Origin: an uncultured Chloroflexia bacterium
GTDB taxonomy: Bacteria > Chloroflexota > Limnocylindria > QHBO01
Length of the DNA: 64,000 nt
NCBI GenBank assembly: GCA_963805645.1
Contig: CAWDVA010000005.1
Coordinates: forward strand, 62,113-126,112
Reading direction: 5' to 3'
In this document: positions 36,835-47,442 of the stretch, piece after piece
How positions within the stretch are numbered: the first letter of the stretch is position 1
How the letters are laid out: every line of letters begins with the position of its first letter
The notes under the pieces: model-generated
Databases searched by the model: none
What the model was told of the DNA's origin: nothing
What the model saw: the letters and a program-made list of their open reading frames with translations, nothing else
Made by a program: the position numbers and the translations under genes

Positions 36835-39609
36835 GGCGCCGCGGTCGGGGTTGGGATCGGGGTGGGGGTCACGACGGGCGCCGGCGTGGGCGTCCCTGAT
36901 CCCTTCGGGGTGGGCTTGGGCGGGGGACTGATGCTCGGCCCTGGGGTCACGGTCGCCTCGGGCGTGGGGCTCGGCGACGGGGTGGGGGACGGGTGTTGGT
37001 GTCGAGGTCGGGACCTCGCCCGGGGTGCACAGCTGGGTGGGCGCCAGCGGGGCGTCCAGGGCCGGGGTCGGGAAGCGCGGCACCTTTGACTCCCTGCCGC
37101 GCCACTTGTCGATCCACTTGACGTTCGCGCTGACCCAGGTGGGCTGGTCCGCGTTCCACTTCGACAGATCCAGGTAGACCTCGCTGGCCGGTGCCGTGGG
37201 GCTGGCCGAGGCCGACGGGCTGACGCCGGGGCTCGCCGATGCGTCGGGCACCGGCGTGGCACCCAGCTGGTCGCCGCAGCCGGGCTGCCAGATCTTGCCG
37301 GTCGCTGCCTCGATGGTGAGCTGCACGTGCGTCGTGTCCTGCTGTGTCGGCACGTCATCGGCCTTGAAGACCTCGGTGACGGTCCTGGTCGTGTGAGGAC
37401 CCGGCAGCATGCCGCTGATGGCGTCGACCTTCTTCTCGACGATGCCCTCGGGCCGGATGAAGTCGTTGTCGGGCAGCTTGTTCTTCGCCGCGACCTCCGC
37501 CATGTAGTCATGCCAGATGAACGTGGGTCCATCCGCGGCGAACACGCCCTTGATCGGCGAGTTGTCGCTGTTTCCCACCCAGACGCCGGTGACGATGGCG
37601 CCTGTGCTGTCGCTCGTATCCTTGGCGGGAGCCAGGTAGCCGAAGGCCTGCAGGTCCTTGAAGTCGTTCGTGGTCCCCGTCTTCAGGGTTGCGGGTCGTC
37701 GGCCGCCGTCGAGTCCGGGCAGCTGGAAGCTGGGACCCCACCACGGGTTGGCCCTTGGATCGGTGTTGTCGGCAAGGATGTCGGTGGTCAGGTACGCGGC
37801 CTGCGCCGAGAGGACCCGCTTGGGCTGTTCGCCGTCGGTGGCATGGTCGTAGATGACCGTCCCGTTGCGATCCGTGATCTTCTCGATCAGGTACGGCGAG
37901 GCGAGCTCGCCGCCGTTGGCGATGGCACCGTAGGCGCCCGCCAGGTCGATCATGTGGACGCCGATGGTGCCCAGGGTCAGCGAGGGCACCGCCACCTCCT
38001 GCTCCTGGCGCGGATCCCAGCGGATGCCCATCTTCACGGCCTGGTCCACGACGTTCTGCGTCCCGATCACCTGCTGCGCCTTCACTGCCGGGATGTTCAG
38101 CGAGTACTTCAGCGCGTCGCGGATGCGGACGGGGCCGCGCTCCTGGTTGTCCGCGTCCGGCACGGAGTAGCCGTTCACGATGTCGCCCCGCACGTCCATG
38201 AACATGGACGCCGGCGTGATCTTGTTCAGCTCGAAGCCGGTGGAGTAGGTGATGGGCTTGAAGGCGGACCCCGCCTGCCGGTAGGCGGTGCCCACCACGT
38301 CGTAGTAGGGCTTGAAGGTGTCCGACTCCTCGCCGTAGTAGTTGGCGCTGCCGACATAGGCCAGCACGGCGCCGGTCCGGTAGTTCACGGTGACCAGCGC
38401 GTCGTTGTTGATGTTCCGCTTCTGGTTGAGCCGGTTGATCCAGGTCATGGCCGCCGAGCCGTATTTCGCCTTGAGCTGGGCCGTGGTCATGTGGTTCATG
38501 TCGTAGGCGATGGCCGCCCATTTCTCGGCCGAGACCTGGTAGCCGTTGTAGTCGAGGGTTGTGGTGATGGTCAGCCCGCCCGAGTCCAGAAGTGTCTCGC
38601 CACCAAGGAGGTCGTTCGCCGCCGCGCGCACGGCGTAGACGAAGTGGGGCGCCTTGTACTGCTGCGATTTCGTGGGCGCCAGGACGATCGTCTCCTGCTT
38701 CGCGGCGTCGTGCTGCGCCTGGGTGATGAACCCCGACGAGAGCATGTTGTCGAGCACGTAGCCCTCGACGCGGGCGGCATCGGCGTCAGCGGGCACCACG
38801 AGGATCTTGTTGCCATCAGCATCGGTCTGCTGCACCTCGGCCTTGGTGGGATCGAGCGCCGATGGCGCTCGCACCAGGCCGGCCAGCATGGCCGCCTCGC
38901 CCAGCGTCAGGGTGTTCGCCGCATCGGTCTTCGTGATGTCCTTGCCGAAGTAGGCGTTGGCTGCCGCCCAGATCCCGTAGGCGTTGTCGCCGTAGTAGAT
39001 CTGGTTCATGTACATCTCGAGGATCTTCTGCTTGCCCGCGTCGCCGCTGTAGCGCTGCCCCAGGCGCAGGGCGAGGACGGCCTCCTTGAGCTTGCGCTCG
39101 ACCTGGCGGCTGGGGTCGGCGAGCAGGTCCGCACCGAAGAGGCGCATCCGGACCAGCTGCTGGCAGATCGTCGACGCTCCGGAGACCTCGCGACCGGAGG
39201 TGACGTTCTGCAGGAAGGCACGCACGATGCTGCGGAAGTCCACGCACGGGTTGGTCCAGAAGGTCTGGTCCTCCGCGGCGACCTGGGCATCCACCATGAC
39301 CTGGGGAATCTGATCGAAGGTGATGGACCGGCGCTGCTCGGCAGCGAAGGTCGCCAGCTGGACGCCGTCGGCCGAGAGCACCTCCGATCCCTCGGAGAGC
39401 TGGAAGTCCTCCACCCCTGCGACGTTCGGCAGCCCCGAGGTGTACGACGCGTAGACCGCCATCACGCCCAGGAACAGGCCGGCGGCCAGCACGGCGGAGA
39501 CGCCCAGGATCATCGCGGGCAGGGCCGCGAGGGAGCCGGATGATCGAGGGCGCGCGGAACGGCGCGGTGCGGGGCCGCGCTGCGGCCGCGGCGGAAGGCG
39601 TCGGGTCAT
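36831..39609 (-). CDS. ponA: Class A penicillin-binding protein (transglycosylase + transpeptidase); 3' boundary unresolved
   Basis: TM anchor, GT51 motifs (EDQTFWTNPCVDF, RMRLF), TP motifs (SAFKP, SLN, KTGTT). The in-frame ORF (35446..39711) has no stop for 1.39 kb antisense to mutS2. An alternative frame ends at 36831 with a Pro/Thr-rich tail. Confidence 0.7.
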
Positions 39610-39655
39610 CGGCCGAGCAGAGTAGCACGGACCGTACCGGTATACTCCACCGGCC

Positions 39656-40921
39656 ATGAGCGGCTCCGTGTTCGACGACCTCAGCTGGCGCAACCTCATC
39701 GCGCACAGCACCGACCCCGATGCACTGCGCGCGGCGCTGGACGGCGCACCGGTCGTCTTCTACTGCGGCTTCGACCCCACCGCGCCGAGCCTCCATTTCG
39801 GGAACCTGGTCCAGCTGGTCACCATGCGCCGCCTGCAGCTGGGCGGGCACAGCCCGATCGCCGTGGTGGGCGGCGCAACCGGCCTGATCGGCGACCCGAG
39901 CGGACGCAGCGAGGAGCGGGCGCTGAACGCCGAGGAGGTCGTCGCCGACTGGGTCGAACGCATCCGCGGCCAGGTGGAGCGCTACCTCTCATTCGAGGGC
40001 CACAACGCCGCGCGCGTGGTGAACAACCTGGAGTGGTCCCGGCCGATGCACGCGATCGAGTTCCTGCGCGACGTCGGCAAGCACTTCAGCGTCAACCGCA
40101 TGCTCGACAAGGAGGTCGTGAGCGCGCGACTGGAGACGGGCATCAGCTACACGGAATTCAGCTACCAGCTGCTGCAGGCACTCGACTACCTGGAGCTCCA
40201 TCGCCGTTACGGCGCCGTGCTGCAGACCGGTGGCAGCGACCAGTGGGGCAACCTGACCGGGGGCGTCGACCTCATCCGACGCGTCACCGGCGACACGGTG
40301 CATGCCCTGGCGACCCCCCTCATCACCAAGGCGGACGGCACCAAGTACGGCAAGACGGCGAGCGGCTCCATCTGGCTGGATCCGCAGATGACCAGCCCGT
40401 TCGCGTTCTACCAGTACTTCCTCAACCAGGCCGATGCCGACGTCGGTGCGCTGCTGCGCACGTTCAGCTTCCGGACGCATGAGGAGATCGAGGCGCTCGA
40501 TCGCGCCACGACCGAGCGACCAGAGGAGCGTGCAGCGCAGCGGGCGCTGGCCGGTGAGCTCACCGCGCTCGTGCACGGGGAGGAGGAGTCCGAACGTGCT
40601 CTGGCGGCATCCTGGGCCCTGTTCGGCCAGGGTGACCTGGGCGCGCTCGAGGCCGCGACGCTGGCAGCCGCCACCGCCGAGCTGCCGCGAGCCGAGGTTC
40701 CCGCCGCGGCCCTTCCCTCGGTGGTGGACCTGCTGGTGGCCACCGGGCTGTGCGAGAGCCGCGGCGCTGCCAAACGAGCCGTTGCCGAGGGGGGTGTCTA
40801 TCTCAACAACGCCCGCGTGAGCGACGCCGGTACGAGCCCGGATCCCGCCGACCTCCTGGCGGGTCGCTGGCTGATCCTGCGTCGGGGACGGCGTTCCCTG
40901 GCAGCCGTCGAGGCCCGCTGA
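39656..40921 (+). CDS. tyrS: Tyrosine--tRNA ligase
   Basis: HFGNL (HIGH-like) and KYGKTASG (KMSKS-like) motifs; C-terminal S4 domain. Confidence 0.9.
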   Translation: MSGSVFDDLSWRNLIAHSTDPDALRAALDGAPVVFYCGFDPTAPSLHFGNLVQLVTMRRLQLGGHSPIAVVGGATGLIGDPSGRSEERALNAEEVVADWVERIRGQVERYLSFEGHNAARVVNNLEWSRPMHAIEFLRDVGKHFSVNRMLDKEVVSARLETGISYTEFSYQLLQALDYLELHRRYGAVLQTGGSDQWGNLTGGVDLIRRVTGDTVHALATPLITKADGTKYGKTASGSIWLDPQMTSPFAFYQYFLNQADADVGALLRTFSFRTHEEIEALDRATTERPEERAAQRALAGELTALVHGEEESERALAASWALFGQGDLGALEAATLAAATAELPRAEVPAAALPSVVDLLVATGLCESRGAAKRAVAEGGVYLNNARVSDAGTSPDPADLLAGRWLILRRGRRSLAAVEAR

Positions 40922-40927
40922 GCGACC

Positions 40928-41824
40928 TCAGCCCAGCAGCTCCTCCACGAGCTGGCTGGCGACCTCGTCGGCGCGGGCAGGGTAGGGAAGCTCCAGGCGG
41001 ATGGCGAGGTCGGTTGCCTGGCGGCGGAAGAGATCCATCGTGGCCCGCAGGCCGCGGATGATGTCCGCCGTCTCGTAGCGGGCAAACGCGTCCCCCAGCG
41101 CATCGACCACCTCGGGTTCCGTCCACCGCTCAAGGAACCGGCCGCCGAACCACGGATCACCGTCGCCGCCATCGCGGCCGCGTGCCTGCCACTCCAGGAC
41201 GGTGAGCAACCGCGCTTTCATGTAGCCATCCAGGCAGTCCAACGCCACCCAGCGCTCGCCCCGGCGCAGCTTTCGCGCGGTCCACAGCGCGTGGTACCAG
41301 AAGTCGGAGACGAGGTTCTCGAACTCGACCAGCTGAGGCGGCCACTCGTCGGCCCGTGGGCGGCTCGCGACCCACTCCGGCAGGCTGGACAGGATTCCCT
41401 CGCGATCGAACAGGATCCGGAAGCCGCGGCCCAGCACCTCGAGCCCCAGCATCCCGTCCGGGCCGGCCCGAATCTCGTCCACCGAGACGGGTACCAGGTC
41501 CACGTCCGTGCCGTCGGCGAAGAGCACCCGCCGCTCGCGCCGGCCATGGCCGGTCCGCTCGAGGAACGTGATCGCCACCGGTCCCAGGTGCGCCGACCAG
41601 CCAGCATCGGCCAGAAAGAGCTCCGGGTCGTCGACGACCAGCAGCAGGTCGGTGTCGGACCACTCGTCGGCGGGATGATGCTCGCGCGCTCGCGAGCCGA
41701 GCAGGACCAGGGCATGAATGGCGGGCTCGGTCCTGGCGTGGTCCACCACGCGTTCCAGCATGCCGGCCGGGTCCGGCGCGAACCGGACGCCGGCGCCTAT
41801 ACGGAACGCGGCGCGCGGGGTCAT
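40928..41824 (-). CDS. Aminoglycoside 6-nucleotidyltransferase (AadK/ANT(6))-family protein
   Basis: LLGSRAR...DEWSDTDLLLVVDD nucleotidyltransferase motif and AadK-like C-terminal helical domain. Confidence 0.65.
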   Translation of the reverse strand: MTPRAAFRIGAGVRFAPDPAGMLERVVDHARTEPAIHALVLLGSRAREHHPADEWSDTDLLLVVDDPELFLADAGWSAHLGPVAITFLERTGHGRRERRVLFADGTDVDLVPVSVDEIRAGPDGMLGLEVLGRGFRILFDREGILSSLPEWVASRPRADEWPPQLVEFENLVSDFWYHALWTARKLRRGERWVALDCLDGYMKARLLTVLEWQARGRDGGDGDPWFGGRFLERWTEPEVVDALGDAFARYETADIIRGLRATMDLFRRQATDLAIRLELPYPARADEVASQLVEELLG

Positions 41825-41834
41825 GACGTCCTCC

Positions 41835-43913
41835 TCAGTGCTTGTCGCCGGCAGCCACCCTGGCCTGGTGATCGCTGATCACGCGGTCCGCGACGTTGTG
41901 CGGGACCTCCGCATAGTGGTCGAGGGCCCACGTGAACCGACCACGCCCCTGCGTGATGCTGCGCAGCTCGGTCGCGTAGTGGAACATCTCCGCCTGCGGA
42001 ACCTGTGCCTTGAGGCGCTGCATCCCGTCCGACGAGTCCATCCCGAGCACGTGTCCGCGCTTGGACGTGATCTGGCCCATCACGTCGCCCATGTACTCGT
42101 CGGGCACCGTCACCTCCACCTCGAGCACCGGCTCGAGGAGAATCGGGTCCGCCTCGGTGAAGGCACGCTTGAGGGCCTGGGAGGCGGCGATCTTGAACGC
42201 CATCTCCGAGCTGTCGACGGTGTGGTACGAGCCATCGACCAGGGTCGCCTTGAGGTCGACGATGGGGAAGCCGGCCAGCGCACCCTCGTCGAGCGCCTCG
42301 CGCAACCCCTTCTCGACGGCGGGGATGTACTGCTTGGGAACGACCCCACCCACGATCCGGTCCCCGAACTCGAAGCCCGTGCCGGATTCGAGCGGCTCGA
42401 ACTCGATCACGACGTGCCCGTACTGGCCGTGGCCGCCGGTCTGGCGCTTGAACTTGTTGTCGATCTTGGCCCCCCGTCGGATCGTCTCGCGGTAGGGCAC
42501 CTGCGGCGTGCCGGTCTTCACCGCGGCCCCGAACTTGCGCTTGAGCCGATCGACGATGACGTCCACGTGCGCGTCGCCCATGGCGGTGAGGACCGTCTCA
42601 CCGGTCCCGTCCTGGCGATGGACCTGGACCGACGGCTCCTCCTCCAGGAGCCGGCTCAGGGCCTGTCCCAGCTTGTCCAGGTCTGCCTTGGACTCGGGCT
42701 CGATGCTGACCTGCAGGCTCGGCGCCGGGAACGTGAACGCGGGCAGCTCCACGGCCTGCGAACGATCCGCCACGAGGGTGTCGCCGGCCTGCGTGGAGGT
42801 GAGCTTGGCCACGGCCGCAATGTCGCCGGGGCCAACTTCGGGCAGGTTCTCCTGGTCCTTGCCCATGATGGCCAGCAGGTTGCCGATGCGCTCCTCCTCC
42901 TTCCGCGAGGCGTTGTACAGGTGTCCCTGCGAGCTCAACGTGCCGGAGACCACGCGGAAGTAGGTCAGGCGGCCGACGAACGGATCCGAGGTCGTCTTGA
43001 AGACCTGGGCGACGAAGGGGCCGCTCGGATCGGGAGCGATCGCCTTGCCGTCGGTGGTCGTTCGCGAGCCGACCTCGGCGGGAGAGGGGACGTGCTTGAC
43101 GATCATCGACAGGAGCTCGCGAACGCCGATGTTCTTCGCGGCCGATCCCACGAAGACCGGCACCACGGACCCCTCGCGGGTGCCCTTGTGAAGGGCCGCT
43201 CCGACCTCCGCATCGCTGATCTCCTCGCCCTCGAGGTACTTCATCATGAGCTCGTCGCTTGCCTCGGCCGCGGCCTCGACCAGCGCGTCCCGGCGGGAGT
43301 GCTCGGCGCCTTCCATCTCCGGCGGGATGGGCACTTCCTTGGCCTTGCCGCCCTCGTAGACGTTGGCGTGCTCCTCGATGACGTCGATGTAGCCGCGGAA
43401 GCCGTCGGCGGAGCCGATGGGAAGGTAGACCGGCGCGATCTTGGGGCCGAAGCGCGCCTTGAGCTGGTCAAGGGTCGCGTCGTAGTTCGCGTTCTCGCGA
43501 TCCATCTTGTTGATGAACACGAAGCGGGGCAGGCCGCGCTCGTCGGCCAGCCTCCAGACCTCCTCCGTTCCGACCTCGACCCCCGAGCTGGCGTCGAGGA
43601 CCACCACCGCGGCATCCACCGCGGCCAGAGCCTCGACCACGTCGGACTGGAAGTCCGCGTAGCCCGGCGTGTCGACGATCGTGACCCGTACGCCGTCGTG
43701 CTCGAGCGAGCCGATGGCCAGGTTGATGCTCTGCTGGCGCTTCTGCTCGTCGGGATCCCAGTCCAGCGTGGCCGTGCCGGCGTCCACGCTTCCCTGCCTC
43801 TGGATCGCGCCGGCGTCGAAGAGCATCGCCTCCGCGAGGCTCGTCTTGCCGGCGCCGCCGTGGGAGATGAGCGCGACGTTCCGGATCTTGTCGGGGGAGG
43901 TGGGCTGCATCAA
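41835..43913 (-). CDS. fusA2: Elongation factor G paralogue (EF-G2 / ribosome-protection-like translational GTPase)
   Basis: G-domain AHGGAGKTSL, DTPGYADF, NKMD, plus EF-G domains II-V; 692 aa. Confidence 0.85.
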   Translation of the reverse strand: MMQPTSPDKIRNVALISHGGAGKTSLAEAMLFDAGAIQRQGSVDAGTATLDWDPDEQKRQQSINLAIGSLEHDGVRVTIVDTPGYADFQSDVVEALAAVDAAVVVLDASSGVEVGTEEVWRLADERGLPRFVFINKMDRENANYDATLDQLKARFGPKIAPVYLPIGSADGFRGYIDVIEEHANVYEGGKAKEVPIPPEMEGAEHSRRDALVEAAAEASDELMMKYLEGEEISDAEVGAALHKGTREGSVVPVFVGSAAKNIGVRELLSMIVKHVPSPAEVGSRTTTDGKAIAPDPSGPFVAQVFKTTSDPFVGRLTYFRVVSGTLSSQGHLYNASRKEEERIGNLLAIMGKDQENLPEVGPGDIAAVAKLTSTQAGDTLVADRSQAVELPAFTFPAPSLQVSIEPESKADLDKLGQALSRLLEEEPSVQVHRQDGTGETVLTAMGDAHVDVIVDRLKRKFGAAVKTGTPQVPYRETIRRGAKIDNKFKRQTGGHGQYGHVVIEFEPLESGTGFEFGDRIVGGVVPKQYIPAVEKGLREALDEGALAGFPIVDLKATLVDGSYHTVDSSEMAFKIAASQALKRAFTEADPILLEPVLEVEVTVPDEYMGDVMGQITSKRGHVLGMDSSDGMQRLKAQVPQAEMFHYATELRSITQGRGRFTWALDHYAEVPHNVADRVISDHQARVAAGDKH

Positions 43914-44003
43914 TGCTCCTTGTGGTCGCTATGAAGCGAGCGCCGCCCACCGGTCGGAAATGCGCCGGGGCGGCGAATCATCGGGCCTCGGAATGGGTAT
44001 CCA

Positions 44004-44183
44004 TTATAGGTGCGCCGACCCGCAGGTCTCGGCCAGCCACTGGCCCTCGGGACGGTCGAAGGTGCCGACGTACCAGCCCGGCGCGAACTCGGCGGTGAGG
44101 TCGAGGGCGCCGCCCGCCGTGCGACAGGTATGCACCGTCTCGAGCACGCCGCGGTTCTCTGCGCCCCGGTGAGGGCGGGTCAT
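44004..44183 (-). CDS. Small hypothetical ORF (59 aa), ATGA-coupled to upstream methyltransferase gene
   Basis: MTRPHRGAENRGVLETVHTCRTAGGALDLTAEFAPGWYVGTFDRPEGQWLAETCGSAHL; aromatic-containing, non-repetitive composition. Confidence 0.25.
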   Translation of the reverse strand: MTRPHRGAENRGVLETVHTCRTAGGALDLTAEFAPGWYVGTFDRPEGQWLAETCGSAHL

Positions 44184-45331
44184 TCGCTCGACACCCGGGT
44201 GAGGCGCTTGGTGGCGAACGGCGCCGGGCGGCCGGCCCGCGTGGCGGTGAGCTGGTGTGACCAGCTGTCGCGGGCCGCGTCGTAGGCGAAACGGTTCGTG
44301 AACGGCCCGCCGGCGTAGGCGAAGGTGAACGTGACCCCCTCGGCCTCCGGCACGCCGGTCCCCACGCTCCGCTCGGCAGCCACGCCCGTGGAGTCGAGCA
44401 GGTGCATGACCATCCGTCCCGACGACGGCTGGTACCCGATGTGGTACACGGCCTCGTAGGGCGTGGCGTCGGGTGGTGCCCCGATCTGCGTGCAGCGCAT
44501 CTCCACGTAGCGCCCGCCCAGCGCCCATTCGGCCTCGACGCGCTGGTGGAGCGGGATGGACCCCATGTCGCCGCGGAGCTCCCAGGACCCAACCATGCGT
44601 TCCAGGAGGCGCGATGCACGCTCGTTCGCGCCCGGGGCCGGGGCAACGCGCCGCGTGACGAAGACGTACTGGGGGCTGTCCTCGGTGAACGGCTCCGCCG
44701 CGAAGCCTCCGTGGAGCGTCTCGAGCTCCAGGCCCGCGACGTCGATGAGGCCGAGCCACTCGTTCCTGGTCGCCCACCACAGTGAGCTGCGCCCACCGCT
44801 GTCGATGTCCATGTCGATCCGGTTGTCGCCGACCCGGTGGCTGACGGTGTGCGGCACCGGCTCGTCTCGGTGCACGCGGTCGAGCTTCGTCGCCACCTGG
44901 TGTGAGAAGGCGAAGGCATTCCAGGCAAAGCGACCGCCGGGACGAAGGACCTCCCCCACCCGCTCGAACGTGCGGCGCCGGTCGGCCCAGGTCGGCAGGT
45001 GCATGAGCGCGTTGGCGGGGCAGTAGACGAGGGCGGCCGGCTCCGCCAGGGCAAGGTCGCGCATGTCACCCATGCGCAGGTCGAGACTCACCCCCGCCGC
45101 AGCGCTCCGCTCGCGCGCCTGGGCGAGCATGGATGGTGAGGTGTCGATACCGATCACGGGGCGACCCGTCTCCCGCGCAACCGGGATCGCCACGCGGCCG
45201 CTGCCGACGGCGAGCTCCACGATCGGCCCATCGGTCTGCCGTCCCAGCTCGACGTAGAAGGGGATGTCGTCGACCATACCGGCCGTCCACTCGTCGTAGC
45301 GAACCGAGAAGGCCTCGTCCCAGCTGCTCAT
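44180..45331 (-). CDS. Class I SAM-dependent methyltransferase fused to C-terminal DUF1579-like domain
   Basis: VELAVGSGRV...GIDTSPSML...DLRMGDMRDL SAM-binding motifs. C-terminal about 170 aa resemble the DUF1579 lipocalin-like fold. Confidence 0.65.
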   Translation of the reverse strand: MSSWDEAFSVRYDEWTAGMVDDIPFYVELGRQTDGPIVELAVGSGRVAIPVARETGRPVIGIDTSPSMLAQARERSAAAGVSLDLRMGDMRDLALAEPAALVYCPANALMHLPTWADRRRTFERVGEVLRPGGRFAWNAFAFSHQVATKLDRVHRDEPVPHTVSHRVGDNRIDMDIDSGGRSSLWWATRNEWLGLIDVAGLELETLHGGFAAEPFTEDSPQYVFVTRRVAPAPGANERASRLLERMVGSWELRGDMGSIPLHQRVEAEWALGGRYVEMRCTQIGAPPDATPYEAVYHIGYQPSSGRMVMHLLDSTGVAAERSVGTGVPEAEGVTFTFAYAGGPFTNRFAYDAARDSWSHQLTATRAGRPAPFATKRLTRVSSE

Positions 45332-45457
45332 CGACCCATGCTAGGGTGAAGGCACAACGAGTCAACGCCTCGCCGTGGCCGGCGCGCCGGGTGACGCTGC
45401 CCGGGCTGGGCTCGCGGCGCCAGGTCCCCACCCTGCCGGGGTGAGCGGCGCACTTGG

Positions 45458-45463
45458 TAGAAT
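45458..45463 (+). promoter_or_regulatory. Candidate extended -10 (TGGTAGAAT) upstream of yebC
   Basis: TGnTAnAAT-like element about 85 nt upstream of the yebC ATG; GAAGGAGG RBS at about 45533. Confidence 0.3.
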
Positions 45464-45544
45464 CGGCCGCACACGAATGTCCACGAGGCCCGGTCCGGCT
45501 GCGCCATCGGTCGCATCGGTCGGGCAGCCCATGAAGGAGGACCG

Positions 45545-46303
45545 ATGTCCGGCCACAGCAAGTGGTCGCAGATCAAGCGACAGAAGGGCGCGAATGACGC
45601 GAAGCGCGGCGCGCTCTTCACGAAGCTGACTCGCGAGATCATCACCGCCGCCCGGCAGGGTGGGGGAGATATCGAGGCGAACTACCGCCTGCGCATGGCG
45701 GTGGACAAGGCCAAGCGCGAGTCCATGCCCGCGGACAACATCAAGCGCGCAATCGAGCGCGCCACGGGCAGTGGCGCGGATGCCGAGCAGTACGAGGAGA
45801 TCACGTACGAAGGCTTCGGCCCCGCGAATGTCGCGGTGATCGTGGCGGCCATGACCGACAACCGGAACCGGACCGCCTCGGAGGTGCGCTCGATCTTCAA
45901 CAAGATCGGCGGTTCGCTGAGTCCGGTCGCCTGGCAGTTCGAGCAGAAGGGGATCATCAGCCTGCCACTCAACGGGCGGGACCCCGACGAGGTCACCCTT
46001 GCCGCCATCGACGCGGGCGCGGCGGACGTGGGCACGCCGGAGGGCGGCTCGATCACGGTGACGACGGAGCCCACCGAGCTCGAGCAGGTCCGCGTGGCGC
46101 TGGGCGCCGCTGGGTACGAGGCCGAGTCGGCTGAGCTTTCGATGGAGCCCACCACGCTGGTCGAGATCAGCGACGAGAAGATCGCGAAGCAGGTCCTGGG
46201 TTTCGTCGAGCGTCTCGAGGACCTCGACGACGTGCAGAACGTGTACGTCAACTTCGACATCCCCACCGAGCTCCTCGAGCAGCTGGAGGCCTCAGTCGCC
46301 TGA
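45545..46303 (+). CDS. yebC: YebC/PmpR family DNA-binding transcriptional regulator
   Basis: MSGHSKWSQIKRQKGANDAKRGALFTKL hallmark N-terminus. Confidence 0.9.
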   Translation: MSGHSKWSQIKRQKGANDAKRGALFTKLTREIITAARQGGGDIEANYRLRMAVDKAKRESMPADNIKRAIERATGSGADAEQYEEITYEGFGPANVAVIVAAMTDNRNRTASEVRSIFNKIGGSLSPVAWQFEQKGIISLPLNGRDPDEVTLAAIDAGAADVGTPEGGSITVTTEPTELEQVRVALGAAGYEAESAELSMEPTTLVEISDEKIAKQVLGFVERLEDLDDVQNVYVNFDIPTELLEQLEASVA

Positions 46304-46366
46304 GCCACCCCCGGTGCCGCTGGCAGATCCACGACGGGCCTGGCCCGCCGCGCCCGCTACGATACG

Positions 46367-46867
46367 GTGGTGATCGTCCTGGGCATTGATCCCGGCACCG
46401 CCAGCCTGGGCTTCGGGGTGGTGGCGCTCGAGGAGAACCGCCTCCGGCTCGTCGACGCCGGCGTGGTGCGCACCGGTCCCGAACAGACCGATGGCGAGCG
46501 CCTCGCCCAGCTGGAGTCCGCCATGCGCTCGCTGGTGGCACAGCACCGGCCGGAGCGGATGGCCGTCGAGCGTCTCTTCTTCCAGCGCAACGTGCAGACC
46601 GCCATGGCAGTCGGTCAGGCACGTGGCGTGGCGCTGCTGGTGGGAGCGCATGCCGGCCTGCGCATCGACGAGCCCACTCCGAACGAGGTGAAGCAGGCGG
46701 TCTGCGGGAACGGATCAGCCGGCAAGCGGCAGGTGGCCAGCATGGTGGAGCGCCTCCTCGGCGTGCGGCTCACGGGCGCCGCCGACGACGCGACCGACGC
46801 CCTGGCCTGCGCCATTGGCTGCCTGTACCGCGCCCGCAGCGAGCCCCGGCCGGTGGGCGCGCGATGA
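46367..46867 (+). CDS. ruvC: Crossover junction endodeoxyribonuclease RuvC
   Basis: VLGIDPGTASLGFGVV...ERLFFQRN...TDALACA catalytic motifs. Confidence 0.85.
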   Translation: MVIVLGIDPGTASLGFGVVALEENRLRLVDAGVVRTGPEQTDGERLAQLESAMRSLVAQHRPERMAVERLFFQRNVQTAMAVGQARGVALLVGAHAGLRIDEPTPNEVKQAVCGNGSAGKRQVASMVERLLGVRLTGAADDATDALACAIGCLYRARSEPRPVGAR

Positions 46868-47442
46868 TCGGGTCGATTCGCGGGCGGGTTACGCACCTTG
46901 GGCCGGACTCCGCCCTGATCGAGGTGGGCGGCATCGGCTACCGCGTGGTCGCGGGGCCGTCGCTGCTGGCCCGGCTCCGGCCGGGGACCGAGGCATCGGT
47001 CTTCACCCACCACCTGGTCCGCGAGGACCAGCAGGCGCTCTTCGGCTTCGCGAACCTCGACGAGCTGGGCTTCTTCGAGCTGCTGATGACCGTCTCCCAG
47101 GTTGGCCCGCGCCTGGCGCTGGCGATCACCGCGGCCCACCCCGTCACCAAGCTCCAGCTCGCCATCCTCAATGACGACGTGGATGTCTTCACGTCCGTCT
47201 CCGGCGTGGGGCGCAAGACGGCACAGCGGATCATCCTGGAGCTCAAGGAGAAGATTCATGCCGCCGGCCTGGCGGCCGGTGGGGGAGGCCTGGGAACGGA
47301 TTCCGACGTGGTGGCCGCCCTCGAATCGCTGGGCTACACCCTGACCGAGGCGAGGCGCGCGGCGTCGGCGGTCGCCGGGTCGGACGCCGGCCTGGATACG
47401 CGCATCAAGGCGGCGCTCCAGGAGCTGGCGCACGCCCGATGA
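46864..47442 (+). CDS. ruvA: Holliday junction branch migration protein RuvA
   Basis: MIGSIRGRVTHLGPDSALIEVGGIGYRV... Confidence 0.85.
   Translation: MIGSIRGRVTHLGPDSALIEVGGIGYRVVAGPSLLARLRPGTEASVFTHHLVREDQQALFGFANLDELGFFELLMTVSQVGPRLALAITAAHPVTKLQLAILNDDVDVFTSVSGVGRKTAQRIILELKEKIHAAGLAAGGGGLGTDSDVVAALESLGYTLTEARRAASAVAGSDAGLDTRIKAALQELAHAR

Noticed and set aside
43978-45069. 363-aa minus-strand ORF in an alternative frame of the methyltransferase-DUF1579 gene
   Set aside because: Overlaps in a different frame a gene with clear SAM-binding motifs. Ser/Arg/Pro-rich artefact.
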